The notes under the pieces: model-generated | The model's input: only the letters and a program-made list of their open reading frames with translations | What the model was told of the DNA's origin: nothing | Database searches by the model: none | Program-made: the position numbers and the translations under genes | Source of the DNA: Myxococcales bacterium | GTDB lineage: Bacteria > Myxococcota > Myxococcia > Myxococcales > UBA5297 | Assembly: GCA_050942745.1 (NCBI GenBank) | Contig: JBMNNX010000006.1 | Coordinates: 1 to 57,444, forward strand | Length of the DNA: 57,444 nucleotides | Direction: 5' to 3' | In this document: positions 1 to 9,394 of the stretch, piece by piece | How positions within the stretch are numbered: the first letter of the stretch is position 1 | Layout of the letters: the number at the start of each line of letters is the position of its first letter

Positions 1-127
1 GCGTCGCCTTGCACCGCTGGCACTTCACTCGGATCGGCGTGTACTCGATCGAGACCGGATGCTCGGAGCAGGGCAGATCGTTCCAGCGTCGCTTCAGGTC
101 GGCACAGTGCCGCCTTGGGCAGCGGGC
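1..127 (-). mobile_element. ISL3-family transposase fragment (zinc-finger region), 5'-truncated, runs off the window start
   Basis: Manual minus-strand translation gives ARCPRRHCADLKRRWNDLPCSEHPVSIEYTPIRVKCQRCKAT. This matches the RRWxDLP...PVxxxxxxxRxxCxxC pattern of the ISL3 N-terminal zinc finger. No start codon or first CxxC is present before the repeat that begins at 128. Confidence 0.7.
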
Positions 128-280
128 CGACTCCGCCCCGCCGCTGTCGCCTCGGGCGCTACGCTCAGGGTGAACGGGGGTGGCACCGGCGTGCTCGAGT
201 CTGACGAGCCCTTCGACTCCGCCCCCCGGCCGCTGTCGCGTCGGGGACTACGCTCAGGGTGAACGGAGGGGGGCACCGGC
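128..280 (+). repeat. Two tandem copies of a REP-like element (CCCTTCGACTCCGC...CTACGCTCAGGGTGAACGG); first copy 5'-truncated
   Basis: Copies at ~128-178 and ~206-266, each followed by GG(T/G)GGCACCGGC. The same family recurs at 5465-5593, 12808-12858 and 19067-19126. Confidence 0.8.
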
Positions 281-401
281 TGGGCGAACGATGCGACGGC
301 TCGTATCATCACGCCCCTTCGCCCGTCCGCCAAAACGGTTTTGTAGCGCCTGCCGGCAGTTCCATTAGGCTTCGTCGGAGCCCCGGACAACGAGGGATTG
401 C

Positions 402-1206
402 GTGGACGTCAAGCTCGAGGTCCGGTTCGAAGGCACCGCGCCCGGCTTGCCAGAGCACAGGCTCAGCCTCGGCGCGTTCGGCAAGGCGCTCGATCAACTC
501 CTCGCCACCTATCGGCGCATCGCCTCCGGGATGATCACGAACGCCCTGGACGAGCCCGGCTACGGCATGTCGGGCGGCAAGTACGCCAAGGAAGCAGAGC
601 GCTTGGACCTCGAATTGGAGGCCATCCGGGTCGACCGGCCTCGACATCACGTGCACGTCGCACGTCGGCGTCGGCGACAACCTCAGCCTGTTCGCAGGGC
701 TGGCGCTCGACGCGAGTCGGCAGATGCTCGACTACATTGAGGCAGAGTCCAGGGGCCAACCACGCCACGTGGCCGCCAGAAAGTACCTCGCGGCCCTGCC
801 CCCCGGCGTCACAGGCCAGCGCTACAAGCTCCTGCACAACGGAAAGTGCGACAAGGAGATCGCCATCGGCGAGCTCTCGATCCTCGAGCTACCGCGCCCT
901 GGTCCTCACCTCGAGCTCTTGCCGGCATTCGTCGTCGGGGTGGGGTTCGAGCCGGGTAAGTCGGAGGTGCGGCTGAGACACTGCTCGACCGGGCGCCTGG
1001 TGACGTGTTCGGCGACCGCAGAGCAGGTTGAGGCCGCAATAGGGCTTCGCGATCGTCCGGCCGACGCCATGGTCCTCGCCGGCCAGAAATGCCGATTACT
1101 CTGGCTGCGCCCGAGCGATGCCCAGTGGCAGCCGCCGACGGCCGACGAGCGCACGGAGCTCATCTTCGACAAGTGGGGCGAAGTGCTCCGGAGGCTCGCT
1201 CAATGA
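402..1206 (+). CDS. Hypothetical ~270-aa protein, putative antitoxin/partner of the downstream Doc toxin (frameshift at ~625-630)
   Basis: GTG start after GAGG. ORF 402..740 (MDVKLEVRFEG...LELEAIR) continues in the frame of 724..1206 (GSTGLDITC...MLDYIEAE...LIFDKWGEVLRRLAQ). Its stop overlaps the next ATG (ATGA). Confidence 0.65.
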
Positions 1207-1634
1207 CTGGCGCACCTTCGCCCACCTGTGCAACGTGGAGAGAATCCTCCAACTGCACGAAGCAGCGATCAAAGAGTACGAAGGACTCCACAGCGCTCCA
1301 AGAGTCGGGTGCGTCGAGGCTGCCCTCGGAAACGCGTGGTCGGCCGAATGCTATCGCGCCAAATCCGACGACGAGCTCGAGGGGCTCACATTTCGCCGCG
1401 TCGCTGCTCCTCTACGTCACGGTTTCGCACTGCTTTGGCGACGGCAACAAGCGAATCGGCTGGGCCGCGATGTGCGTCGTCCTCCTCAGCCTTGGCCTCA
1501 CGCTCGAGACCGGGAGCGAAGAGGCCGCGACCTTCGTGGCCAGAATCGCCAAGGGCGAAATCAAAGAGCGCGTCCAGGTCGTCGAGTGGATCGCGGAGCG
1601 CCTCGCCGCGGCTCCGCACGCGGCCGCGAGGTAG
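1203..1634 (+). CDS. doc: Doc (death-on-curing)/Fic-family toxin; apparent compensating frameshifts near 1206 and ~1391
   Basis: The N-terminal part WRTFAHLCNVERILQLHEAAIKEYEGL is in the 1118..1687 frame and resembles the Doc 'LIALHDxxIxxYGG' helix. The catalytic motif HCFGDGNKR is in the 1089..1634 frame. GGAGG lies 9 nt before ATG 1203. Confidence 0.8.
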   Translation: MTGAPSPTCATWRESSNCTKQRSKSTKDSTALQESGASRLPSETRGRPNAIAPNPTTSSRGSHFAASLLLYVTVSHCFGDGNKRIGWAAMCVVLLSLGLTLETGSEEAATFVARIAKGEIKERVQVVEWIAERLAAAPHAAAR

Positions 1635-2314
1635 GCCTCCCCGCAGCCGACGGGCGCGCTGGGCGTCCACGCAGAAGCCTCTCGTGAGAGCGCGGGCTCG
1701 CTTTCGGCGCACCGCCGCGGCGCCCCGGCGAGCCCGTCCCTCCCCGCGCGCAAGGCGGGCATTGCCGACCGCACCGCCTCCGCCGAAGCGAGCAGGTCCT
1801 GTGCCGCCCGCGCGCCGCCACAGAAACCGAGCACCCGAGCCGCGAGCGCCACGGGCACCTGTCGGCGAGGAATTTCCGCCCGCTCTCTCGCATTAGCGCT
1901 GGGGGAGTCGCGCGCCGGCCGAGCAACGGCCCGGGATCTCAGCTCCGTCCCAACTCGGCGTCGGCCATCGAGGGGAGCCGGCAGAGCAGGCGCCGGCGCA
2001 CGCGGTGCTCGGTCGTCCTTCGGCGTCGTTCCCGACCCGAGCGCGCACCGTCTTCTGCTAGAGTCCCTGCTCGCTTGCTCCCGGACTCGCCGCCAGGCCA
2101 GGGTCCCTGCGGCACCTCCGACATGAACCGGCTCGGTTCATTCCACGACCGAGAGTCTTCCTCGTCGATGCTGAAGGCCTATTTCATTCGACCGCTGCAA
2201 GGCGGCTTCGTCACAACGTCCAGCAGAACCTAGGCGTCTGGCGCCGAGCCCGGGAAGCCATCGCCCGCCGGCTCGGCAGTTGACCCGCCATGCTTCACGA
2301 GAAAGGAACGGCGC

Positions 2315-3808
2315 TTGGCCAGCACGCAAGTCATCATCGGTTTCCTGCTCATCGCGGTGGTCCTCGCCGCGGTCTTCCTCGAGCGCTGGAGCGTCCCCGT
2401 CATCCTGGTCGCGCTGGGCAGCGGCATCGTCTTCGGCACCGATGTGCTGGGGCTGTACGACTTCGGCGACGTGAAGCTCACCAACGAGGCGGCCAACCTC
2501 GCACTCATCTTCATCCTGCTGCACGGCGGCTTCGGCACGAAGCGCGACGACATGCAGGCCGTCGCCCTGCCCGCCATCGGCCTGGCGACCTGGGGCGTGC
2601 TGCTCACCGCCGCGGCCACCTTCGCCTGCCTGCGCTTCCTGCTCGATTGGCCCTTCGAGCTGGCGCTGCTGCTCTCGGTGATCATCTCCTCCACCGACGC
2701 GGCCGCCATCTTCTCCATCCTGCGGCGGCAGTCCCTGCCCCGAAAGCTGTCGGCCACCGTAGAGATCGAGAGCGCGGCCAACGACCCGATGGCCATCCTC
2801 ATGACCATCGTCGCCGTCCAGGCCCTCGAGAGCGGCCGGGAGCTGAGCGTTGCCATCCTCCTGGAGTTCGCCTGGAAGTTCGCCGTCGGCCCGCTGATTG
2901 GCCTGGCGTTCGCCCGGGCCTCCGCGTGGCTGTTCACCCGGCTCAATCCCCAAGACCGCCACTACTACTACGTGCTCTTCCTGGGCCTGGTGCTGGTGAC
3001 CTACGGGGTCGCCGAGTCGGTGAAGTCCAGCGGCATGTTGGCGGTCTTCGCCGCCGGGTACGTCCTGGGCAACAGCAAGTTCGTCCACAAGCAAGGCGTC
3101 TTCAATTTCTCCGCGGCTCTCTCCAGCGTCGCCAACATCGGGATGTTCGTGCTCATGGGCCTGCTGGTCTATCCGAGCCAGTGGATCGACCTATGGCAGA
3201 AGGGCGTGGTGCTGTTCTTGGTGATCTCCCTCGTCGCCCGCCCGGTAGCGGTCTTCTTGGGCACCATCGGCATGAGGATCCCTTCGCGCGAGAAGACCTT
3301 CGTCGCTTGGGCTGGCCTGCGCGGCGCCGTCCCCATCGTCCTCGCCACCTACCCCGCGGCCGCCGGCCTGTCCGTCGGGACCGAGGTGTTCAACCTCGTC
3401 TTCTTCGCGGTCATCCTCTCGGTGGCCGTGCAGGGCTCGACCATGGGCGCCTTCGCGAAGCTGCTCAAGCTCTCGACCCCGTCTCGGCCCACCCCAGCCC
3501 ACTCCCTCGAGCTGATCACCATGGCCGAGAGCGACATGGACCTCTTCGTGGTGGACCTGCCGGATCCTCAGGGCGCCAAGGGCCCGCGCATCCGTGACTT
3601 GCGCCTGCCCGACGGCGCGGTGATCACGCTCATCAGCCGCGGCCGAGACATCCTCGTGCCCCGGGGCAACACGCCGCTCGAGGGCTGGGACCAGGTGACC
3701 ATCCTCGCCCACGCCAAGGACGCGGACGCGGTGCGCAAGGCGCTGCTCGAGCCCTTCGAAGAGCAGCAGGAAGAAGCGCTGCCGCACGGCTCCTCGTCAG
3801 CGGTCTGA
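2315..3808 (+). CDS. cvrA: K+/H+ antiporter (CPA1, CvrA/NhaP2 type) with C-terminal TrkA-C (RCK_C) domain
   Basis: Many TM segments; motifs SSTDAAA, EIESAANDPMA, WAGLRGAVPIVLA; C-terminal IRDLRLPDGAVITLISRG...PRGNT; TTG start after AAAGGAA. Confidence 0.9.
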   Translation: MASTQVIIGFLLIAVVLAAVFLERWSVPVILVALGSGIVFGTDVLGLYDFGDVKLTNEAANLALIFILLHGGFGTKRDDMQAVALPAIGLATWGVLLTAAATFACLRFLLDWPFELALLLSVIISSTDAAAIFSILRRQSLPRKLSATVEIESAANDPMAILMTIVAVQALESGRELSVAILLEFAWKFAVGPLIGLAFARASAWLFTRLNPQDRHYYYVLFLGLVLVTYGVAESVKSSGMLAVFAAGYVLGNSKFVHKQGVFNFSAALSSVANIGMFVLMGLLVYPSQWIDLWQKGVVLFLVISLVARPVAVFLGTIGMRIPSREKTFVAWAGLRGAVPIVLATYPAAAGLSVGTEVFNLVFFAVILSVAVQGSTMGAFAKLLKLSTPSRPTPAHSLELITMAESDMDLFVVDLPDPQGAKGPRIRDLRLPDGAVITLISRGRDILVPRGNTPLEGWDQVTILAHAKDADAVRKALLEPFEEQQEEALPHGSSSAV

Positions 3809-3936
3809 CAGGCAGTGGTTGGTTGAGAGTGGGTTGGGGCGGGGGTTCGGTGGGCGGGGCAAGCCCGCCCCTGCACCCGCGGGCGAGACGCGCTCGAGGG
3901 GATCGCAGGCGAGGCGCTCGCGCCGTTCGTCCGTCG

Positions 3937-5340
3937 CTACATTTCAAGTACCTTGGCGAGCAACTCCGGGACCTTGACGCGCTGCAGATCGCCCAGGCGC
4001 TCGGCCTCGGCCGTCCACAGGTATAGGCAGGCGTCGTGGGCCCCGAAGACAAAAGCCCGGTAGGAATTGAGCGCCACGCACAGCAACAGCCCAGCACCGA
4101 AGATGTAGAAGACAAGGCTCGTGGGCGTGTTCGGCGCAGTTGCCTGGAAGGCGATGCCCATGAGCACCGGTGTCAGCAGCATGGGAAGCGCGAACACCGG
4201 CCACAGGCCGCTCGCGCCTACTCCTATCGGCAGCAGGTCCCTGTAGTAGATGGAGCGAGCCCGCTCGAGCGCCCCGCGGAAGCCCAAGTCCTCGATGATG
4301 ATGATGGGCACCAGCAGCGCGCCGATGGCCTGCCGCGCCCTGCGCTCGGCCTCACGGGCCTTGCTGGTGGACGTGTTGCTCCTTACGAAGAGGCTCGGCA
4401 GCACCACCACCATGGCCCTCAGCGCAACGACGACGAGCGCCCAGAGGCTCTTGAGCACGTCCTTGGCGGCGACGGTCAGCTTCGGCTCGCGCCCCTTGGT
4501 CCATGAGTCGATCATGTTCGCGGTCATGCCGGTGATGACGCAGTTCCCAAGGACGAGGAGGAAGACTCCGAGCAGTGCGAGCCCGAGAAGCGGCCACCAA
4601 CCTCCGAAGGCCTTCGCCCCAGGCTGGTTTCCGTCGAGCATCACGAGCACCGCGCGCAAGGCAGCCACTCCGAGGGCAAGCTGAACCAGGCCCACGACCG
4701 CTACGGGGACGAACAGCTTGGGATACGCGAGCCCGAACCTGTGAGCGGCTTTGACGAAGGCCCAACCCCCGCCGGTGTCGAACAGGATTCTCGCTCGCTC
4801 AAGCTCGCGAAGGACGACGCCGCGCACGATGGGGAGCCCGACGGTCGAAGTCTCGCTGGCAGTGGCCGCCGCATCCGAGGCTGGCGCGCTCGGAGGATGC
4901 TCTTCTCGCGCTGCGGCGTCCGGCTGAGGCTGGGGCGCGCCTGCGACCGCGTGGACAGTCGCAGCGCTCGAAGCCCCGGCGGGCGGCGCGCTCGGCACGG
5001 CCCGCTCGACGATCTGCTCGGCCTCGCCGTGGTCCAGCCAGATGCCGTCACACCGGCGACAGTGGTCGAGTTGTACGCCGCTGAGGTCGTCGAGCTCGAG
5101 TTGGGCGAGCGGAGCTTCGCAGCGCGGGCACTCTCGGCTTCGCCCGGCGGCGTTCGAGCGCCCGAGGCCGGACCTGAAGGTGGCCGCGACCGCGCGGAGT
5201 TGGTCCGGCTGCTTCGCCAAGGCCTGCAGCTCGTCCCTGTCTATCCAGAGCCCCCCACACCAGAGGCAACCGTCGTACTCCACGCCAGCGGTATTTCGCC
5301 GGGACAGCAGGGTGCAGCAGGTCGGACATCGCGCATCCAT
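3937..5340 (-). CDS. Double zf-TFIIB-like zinc-ribbon protein with C-terminal multi-pass membrane domain (DUF6159-like)
   Basis: Two CPxC...DxCxxCxGxWxDxxE ribbons, a Pro/Ala linker, then several hydrophobic segments including LLVPIIIIEDLG; GGAGGAG RBS. Confidence 0.8.
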   Translation of the reverse strand: MDARCPTCCTLLSRRNTAGVEYDGCLWCGGLWIDRDELQALAKQPDQLRAVAATFRSGLGRSNAAGRSRECPRCEAPLAQLELDDLSGVQLDHCRRCDGIWLDHGEAEQIVERAVPSAPPAGASSAATVHAVAGAPQPQPDAAAREEHPPSAPASDAAATASETSTVGLPIVRGVVLRELERARILFDTGGGWAFVKAAHRFGLAYPKLFVPVAVVGLVQLALGVAALRAVLVMLDGNQPGAKAFGGWWPLLGLALLGVFLLVLGNCVITGMTANMIDSWTKGREPKLTVAAKDVLKSLWALVVVALRAMVVVLPSLFVRSNTSTSKAREAERRARQAIGALLVPIIIIEDLGFRGALERARSIYYRDLLPIGVGASGLWPVFALPMLLTPVLMGIAFQATAPNTPTSLVFYIFGAGLLLCVALNSYRAFVFGAHDACLYLWTAEAERLGDLQRVKVPELLAKVLEM

Positions 5341-5464
5341 GGCTCCTCCCCAAGCCTGCCGAGCCTGAACCGATAGGATTTCGAAAGATCGGGGACGGCC
5401 GGCAGGCCCCAGGCGTCAGACTTCAGATTATTGCCATTCTGGTTGAATTCTCCCGACCACGACT

Positions 5465-5593
5465 CCCGGTCGCCCTGATCGTAGCTCCCGACGCGCAAGC
5501 GGCGGGAGCGAAGTCGAAGGGCTCACCGAAACCGCGCAGGCCCCTCGACTCCGCCTCCCGCGTTCCTCGGGAGGCTACGCTCAGGCCGACCGG
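5465..5593. repeat. Inverted doublet of the CCCTTCGAC...GCTCAGG REP-like element (REPIN-like)
   Basis: Minus copy 5465-5524 differs from the 19067-19126 copy at about 4 of 60 positions. Plus copy is at 5541-5593. Confidence 0.8.
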
Positions 5594-5627
5594 AGCGGAG
5601 GCGAGGCGGTCGCAGCTCGCCCGCTCG

Positions 5628-7078
5628 TTACCTCTGCAGCGCCGAGGCGAGCAGGCCCGGTACCTTCACGCGGTGCGGATCGCGGATGCGCTCGGTCTCG
5701 GCCGCCCACAGATAGAGGCAGGTGTTGTAGGCGCTGTAGGCAAACGAGTTGAGGATGTTGAGCGGCGTTCCCAGCAGCACCCCGAGCACGATGATGCTCG
5801 TGACGCTGGTGGGCGTCGGCGGCATCGTGCCCCAGAAGGCGAGGCCCAGGATGGCCATTATCGCCAGCCAGGGAATCGCGGCCACCGCCCGCAGGCCTAT
5901 CTCGCCCACCGCTATCTGAAGCAGGTTGCCGGAGTGGATGGCGCGAGCCCGCTCGAGCGCCCGGCGGAAGCCCAGGTCCTCGATGATGATGATGGGTACC
6001 AGCAGCGCAGCGACGACCTCCCAGGCCTTCCTCGCGGCGCGCTTGGCGGCGTTGACGACCATGCTGCCCTTGCGGTTTTCGGCGGTCAGCATCGCCACCA
6101 CCACCGTCACCACCGCCATCACGATGAGCGCCCCGAGGTTCTTCAAGACGTCCTTGACCGCGACCGACAGCTTTGGCTCCCGCCCCTTGAGCCAGGCGTC
6201 AACCATGTTCGTGGTCATGCCGGTGATAACGCCGTTCCCGAGGACGATGAGGAACAAGCCGAGCATCACGAGCCCGATGGCCAAGAGCCCGTGCTGCCGC
6301 ATCCACGCCTCGGCGAGCTGCGACTGCGCCTTGAGGGGAACCGCGAAATCAACCCCGCTGCTCTGCAGCTCCACGCGCAGCGCGCGCAGTGCAACCATCC
6401 CGACGGCGAGCTGGACGAGCCCTGCGACCGCCATGGGGACAAGCAGCTTGGGGCACTCGAAGGCGAGCCCGTAAGCGGCCTTGGCGAAGGCCCAGCCCCT
6501 CGAGAAGCTGCCGCCTACGCCGCTCGATTGATCGAGATTCCCGATGGCGATGCCGCGCACGACCGGGAGCCCGAATGTCGAGGTCGCGTCGGCGGGGTCC
6601 GCCTGGCGCGCGGCGAACGAGCTCGGAGGCGGGGCGTATTGCGCGCCGCCGTCCGGCAGGAGGTGGGGCGCGATTCCGACCGCGTAGGCCGGCGCCGGCG
6701 CGGCGCTCGGAGCCGGGGCTGGCGGCGCGCTAGGCGCGATCCGATCGGCAAACTGTTCGGCCTCACCGTGGTCCATCCAGATGCCGCCGCACTGGCGACA
6801 ACGGTCGAGTCGGATGCCGCGGAAGTGTCGAACTTGAACTGAGCGAGAGGAGCATCGCACCGCGGGCACTTGCCGTTTCGCTCCGGGGCGACCGAAGGCT
6901 GCATGCCCGGCTTGTAATTGGCGGCCGCGGCCCGAAGCTGGTCGGGCTGCTTGGCCAGGGTTTGCAGCTCACCCTGGTCGAGCCAGAGCCCGCCACATCC
7001 AGGGCAGCCGTCGTACTCCACGTTCTCGCCCCGTCGACGTGACATCAAGGTGCTGCACCCAGGGCATCGCGCTGCCAT
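5628..7078 (-). CDS. Paralog of 3937..5340 (double zinc ribbon + membrane domain); 1-nt frameshift at ~6827
   Basis: MAARCPGC...CPRCDAPLAQFKFD is in the 6515..7783 frame and continues as HFRGIRLDRCRQCGGIW... in the 5628..6869 frame. It is collinear with the paralog; GGAGGA RBS before ATG 7078. Confidence 0.8.
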
Positions 7079-7396
7079 TGGATTCCTCCGCTTCACTTGC
7101 CGGTGCCGACGCCGACTGGCCTCGGGCGGCCGCTCGACGGGCCAATCAGGCCCCGACGTCGCGGGCATTTGCAAGGCCCTGCCACAGCCCGGCCGCCGGG
7201 CGGCCGGCCGCGTCCCCGCGCGCCTCGGGCGCCGCCCGAGGCCCCCAATCCGCTCGCAGCGCTTCATGCCCGACGGCCCGGGCGAGCAGCTCGCACCCTG
7301 CCGTTCAGCTTCGCCCCCTGTCCGCCGACGAACAACCGCGGTAAACCCTCGGGCGACCTGCGACCGTGCGTCGTCGCAAACCTCGAGGAACCGCGC

Positions 7397-9193
7397 ATGC
7401 AGACCTTCCACAGCCTTTCGAGCGAAGCCCGGGCACTCGAACGCGAGGGACGCTTTGCCGAAGCCGCGCCGCTCTGGGAGCGATCCGGAGACATCAACCG
7501 CGCCATCGAGAGCTACACCAAAGGCGAGCAGTTCGATCGCGCCGCTGACCTGCTGCGGTTGAGCGGCAAAGGGATGGCTGCGGCCGAGCTGTACGAGTCG
7601 ATCGGGCAGTTCCTGAAAGCTGCCGCCGTCTACGAAGGGCTCTTCGAGTTCGCCCTGGCGGCCGCGGCGCTGGTGCGCGGCGGCGATCCTGCCCGCGCCG
7701 CTGTCCTCTACGAGCAGGCCGACGCCTTCGCAGAGGCCGCCGAGCTCTACGCGGCGCTCGGCAATCGGCCCAAGGCCCTGCAACTCTTCGAGCGCGCGGG
7801 CCTTCTCGATAGAGCCGAAGAGCTCCGCCGAGCGGCAGACCCGCAGGTCGCGCCTCAGCCCGCCGAGCCGCAGCTCGACCTATCGGCGGGCGGGTACTAC
7901 GACGCGCACGAGGTCATCGCCGCCCTGGTGCAGCTGCTGCGCTCGGGCCGCGCCGACGACGCCGCGCGCCTCTACGGGAGCTGCCAGGAGAACATCGGCT
8001 ACGCCGTGCTCGCGGCCATCGCCGGCGACACGGAGGCCGAGCAGCACGCGGCCAGGATGTTCGTGCTCGCCAACGACTTTCCGCTCGCCGCCGAGCTGTT
8101 CGAGAACCTCGGCGACTTCCAGTCGGCCGCCGAGATGTACGAGCGAGCCGACGACCCGTACCTCGCCGCCGAGATGTATGTGCGCGTCGGCGACGTGCCC
8201 CGCGCCGCCGAGATGTACGAAAAGGGCGGCCACAACCGGCAGGCCGCCGAGGCCTACGCGAACGTCGGCAACTTGGACAAGGCGGCGGCCTGCTTCGAGA
8301 AGTCGGGCGACTGCTTCCTCGCCGGCCGCCTCTACGTGAAGCTCGGCAAGCCCGGCAAGGCCATCGAGCTGCTGCAGAAGGTCCGCCCGACGGAGGCAGG
8401 CTACTTCGAGGCCTGCCGATGGATCGGCGAGGCCCTGGCCGCCGGCGGCCGCCCGGATCTCGCTGCCCAGAAGCTGGAGGAGTGCACCCGCCACGCGGAG
8501 GTCTCGGGGAGCACGCTCGCGCTCTTCAGCCTGCTCGGACGGCTCTACGAACACCTGGGCGACCATGCCCGAGCGCGCGCGGTCTTCGAGCGCATCCTCG
8601 CCTTCGACCCGGGAAACGCCGAGGCCGCCGAGCGGATGCGCAGGCTCGCCGCGCCCGCGCCCGCGGCCGCTGCCCTGCCGTGCCCGCCGGCGGCTGTGCC
8701 TCCTCGCCCGCCCCCGGCCGCTGGCCTCGTCTCGATGATGGACGGCTTCGAGTTCCTCAAGTCGACGCCGATGTTCAGCGCGCTGTCGCTCGACGAGATG
8801 AAGGCGGTCTACCAGGCCTGCGAGCTGCGCCGCTTCGCCCCGGGCGAGGTCCTCATCGAGCAGGATCAGCCGGGCACCGCGCTCTTCGTGCTGCGCAGGG
8901 GCTCGGCCCAGGTGCTGCGGATCGCGCCGGGGAAGCAGGAGCTGCTCGCGCGCCTGGAGCCCGGCTCGCCGGTCGGAGAGATGGCCCTCATCGACGACGC
9001 GCCCACCTCGGCGCGGGTGGTCGCCGAGACCGAGGTGGAGGCGTTCTTCATCACGCGCCGGAGCTTCGAGCTGCTGCTCGCCTCGAGCGATGCCACCGCG
9101 CTCAAGCTCTACCGCTTCTTCGTGCAGACCCTCGCCAAGAGGCTTCGGGCCACCAGCATCGAGCTCGCCGGCGCGGCAGCCGGGCCGCGCTGA
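7397..9193 (+). CDS. TPR-like repeat protein with C-terminal cyclic-nucleotide-binding domain
   Basis: Repeated AAE(L/M)YExxG helices; cNMP motif LIEQDQPG...LFVLRRG...GEMALIDDAPTSARVVA; ATG 7397 after GAGGA. Confidence 0.85.
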   Translation: MQTFHSLSSEARALEREGRFAEAAPLWERSGDINRAIESYTKGEQFDRAADLLRLSGKGMAAAELYESIGQFLKAAAVYEGLFEFALAAAALVRGGDPARAAVLYEQADAFAEAAELYAALGNRPKALQLFERAGLLDRAEELRRAADPQVAPQPAEPQLDLSAGGYYDAHEVIAALVQLLRSGRADDAARLYGSCQENIGYAVLAAIAGDTEAEQHAARMFVLANDFPLAAELFENLGDFQSAAEMYERADDPYLAAEMYVRVGDVPRAAEMYEKGGHNRQAAEAYANVGNLDKAAACFEKSGDCFLAGRLYVKLGKPGKAIELLQKVRPTEAGYFEACRWIGEALAAGGRPDLAAQKLEECTRHAEVSGSTLALFSLLGRLYEHLGDHARARAVFERILAFDPGNAEAAERMRRLAAPAPAAAALPCPPAAVPPRPPPAAGLVSMMDGFEFLKSTPMFSALSLDEMKAVYQACELRRFAPGEVLIEQDQPGTALFVLRRGSAQVLRIAPGKQELLARLEPGSPVGEMALIDDAPTSARVVAETEVEAFFITRRSFELLLASSDATALKLYRFFVQTLAKRLRATSIELAGAAAGPR

Positions 9194-9394
9194 GGCGGGG
9201 CGGGAGCGGCTGTTCGGCAGGAGGGTAGCCACGCTCCGACAGCCGCGGTGATCATGCAGGGGCTGCTTGACTCGCCGGCGCGCCGTGCTCGCGCACTTGA
9301 TCGCCTGCGGCCTGAGTGTTGATAGAGCGGCGGCTATGCACTCTACTTGGCCGCTCCGGACGGAAGACCGGCCATTCGCCGGCGGGGAGACTCG

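Noticed and set aside
2080-2314. c-di-AMP or other known riboswitch upstream of the antiporter
   Set aside because: I could not find the consensus elements of ydaO or other riboswitches by eye.
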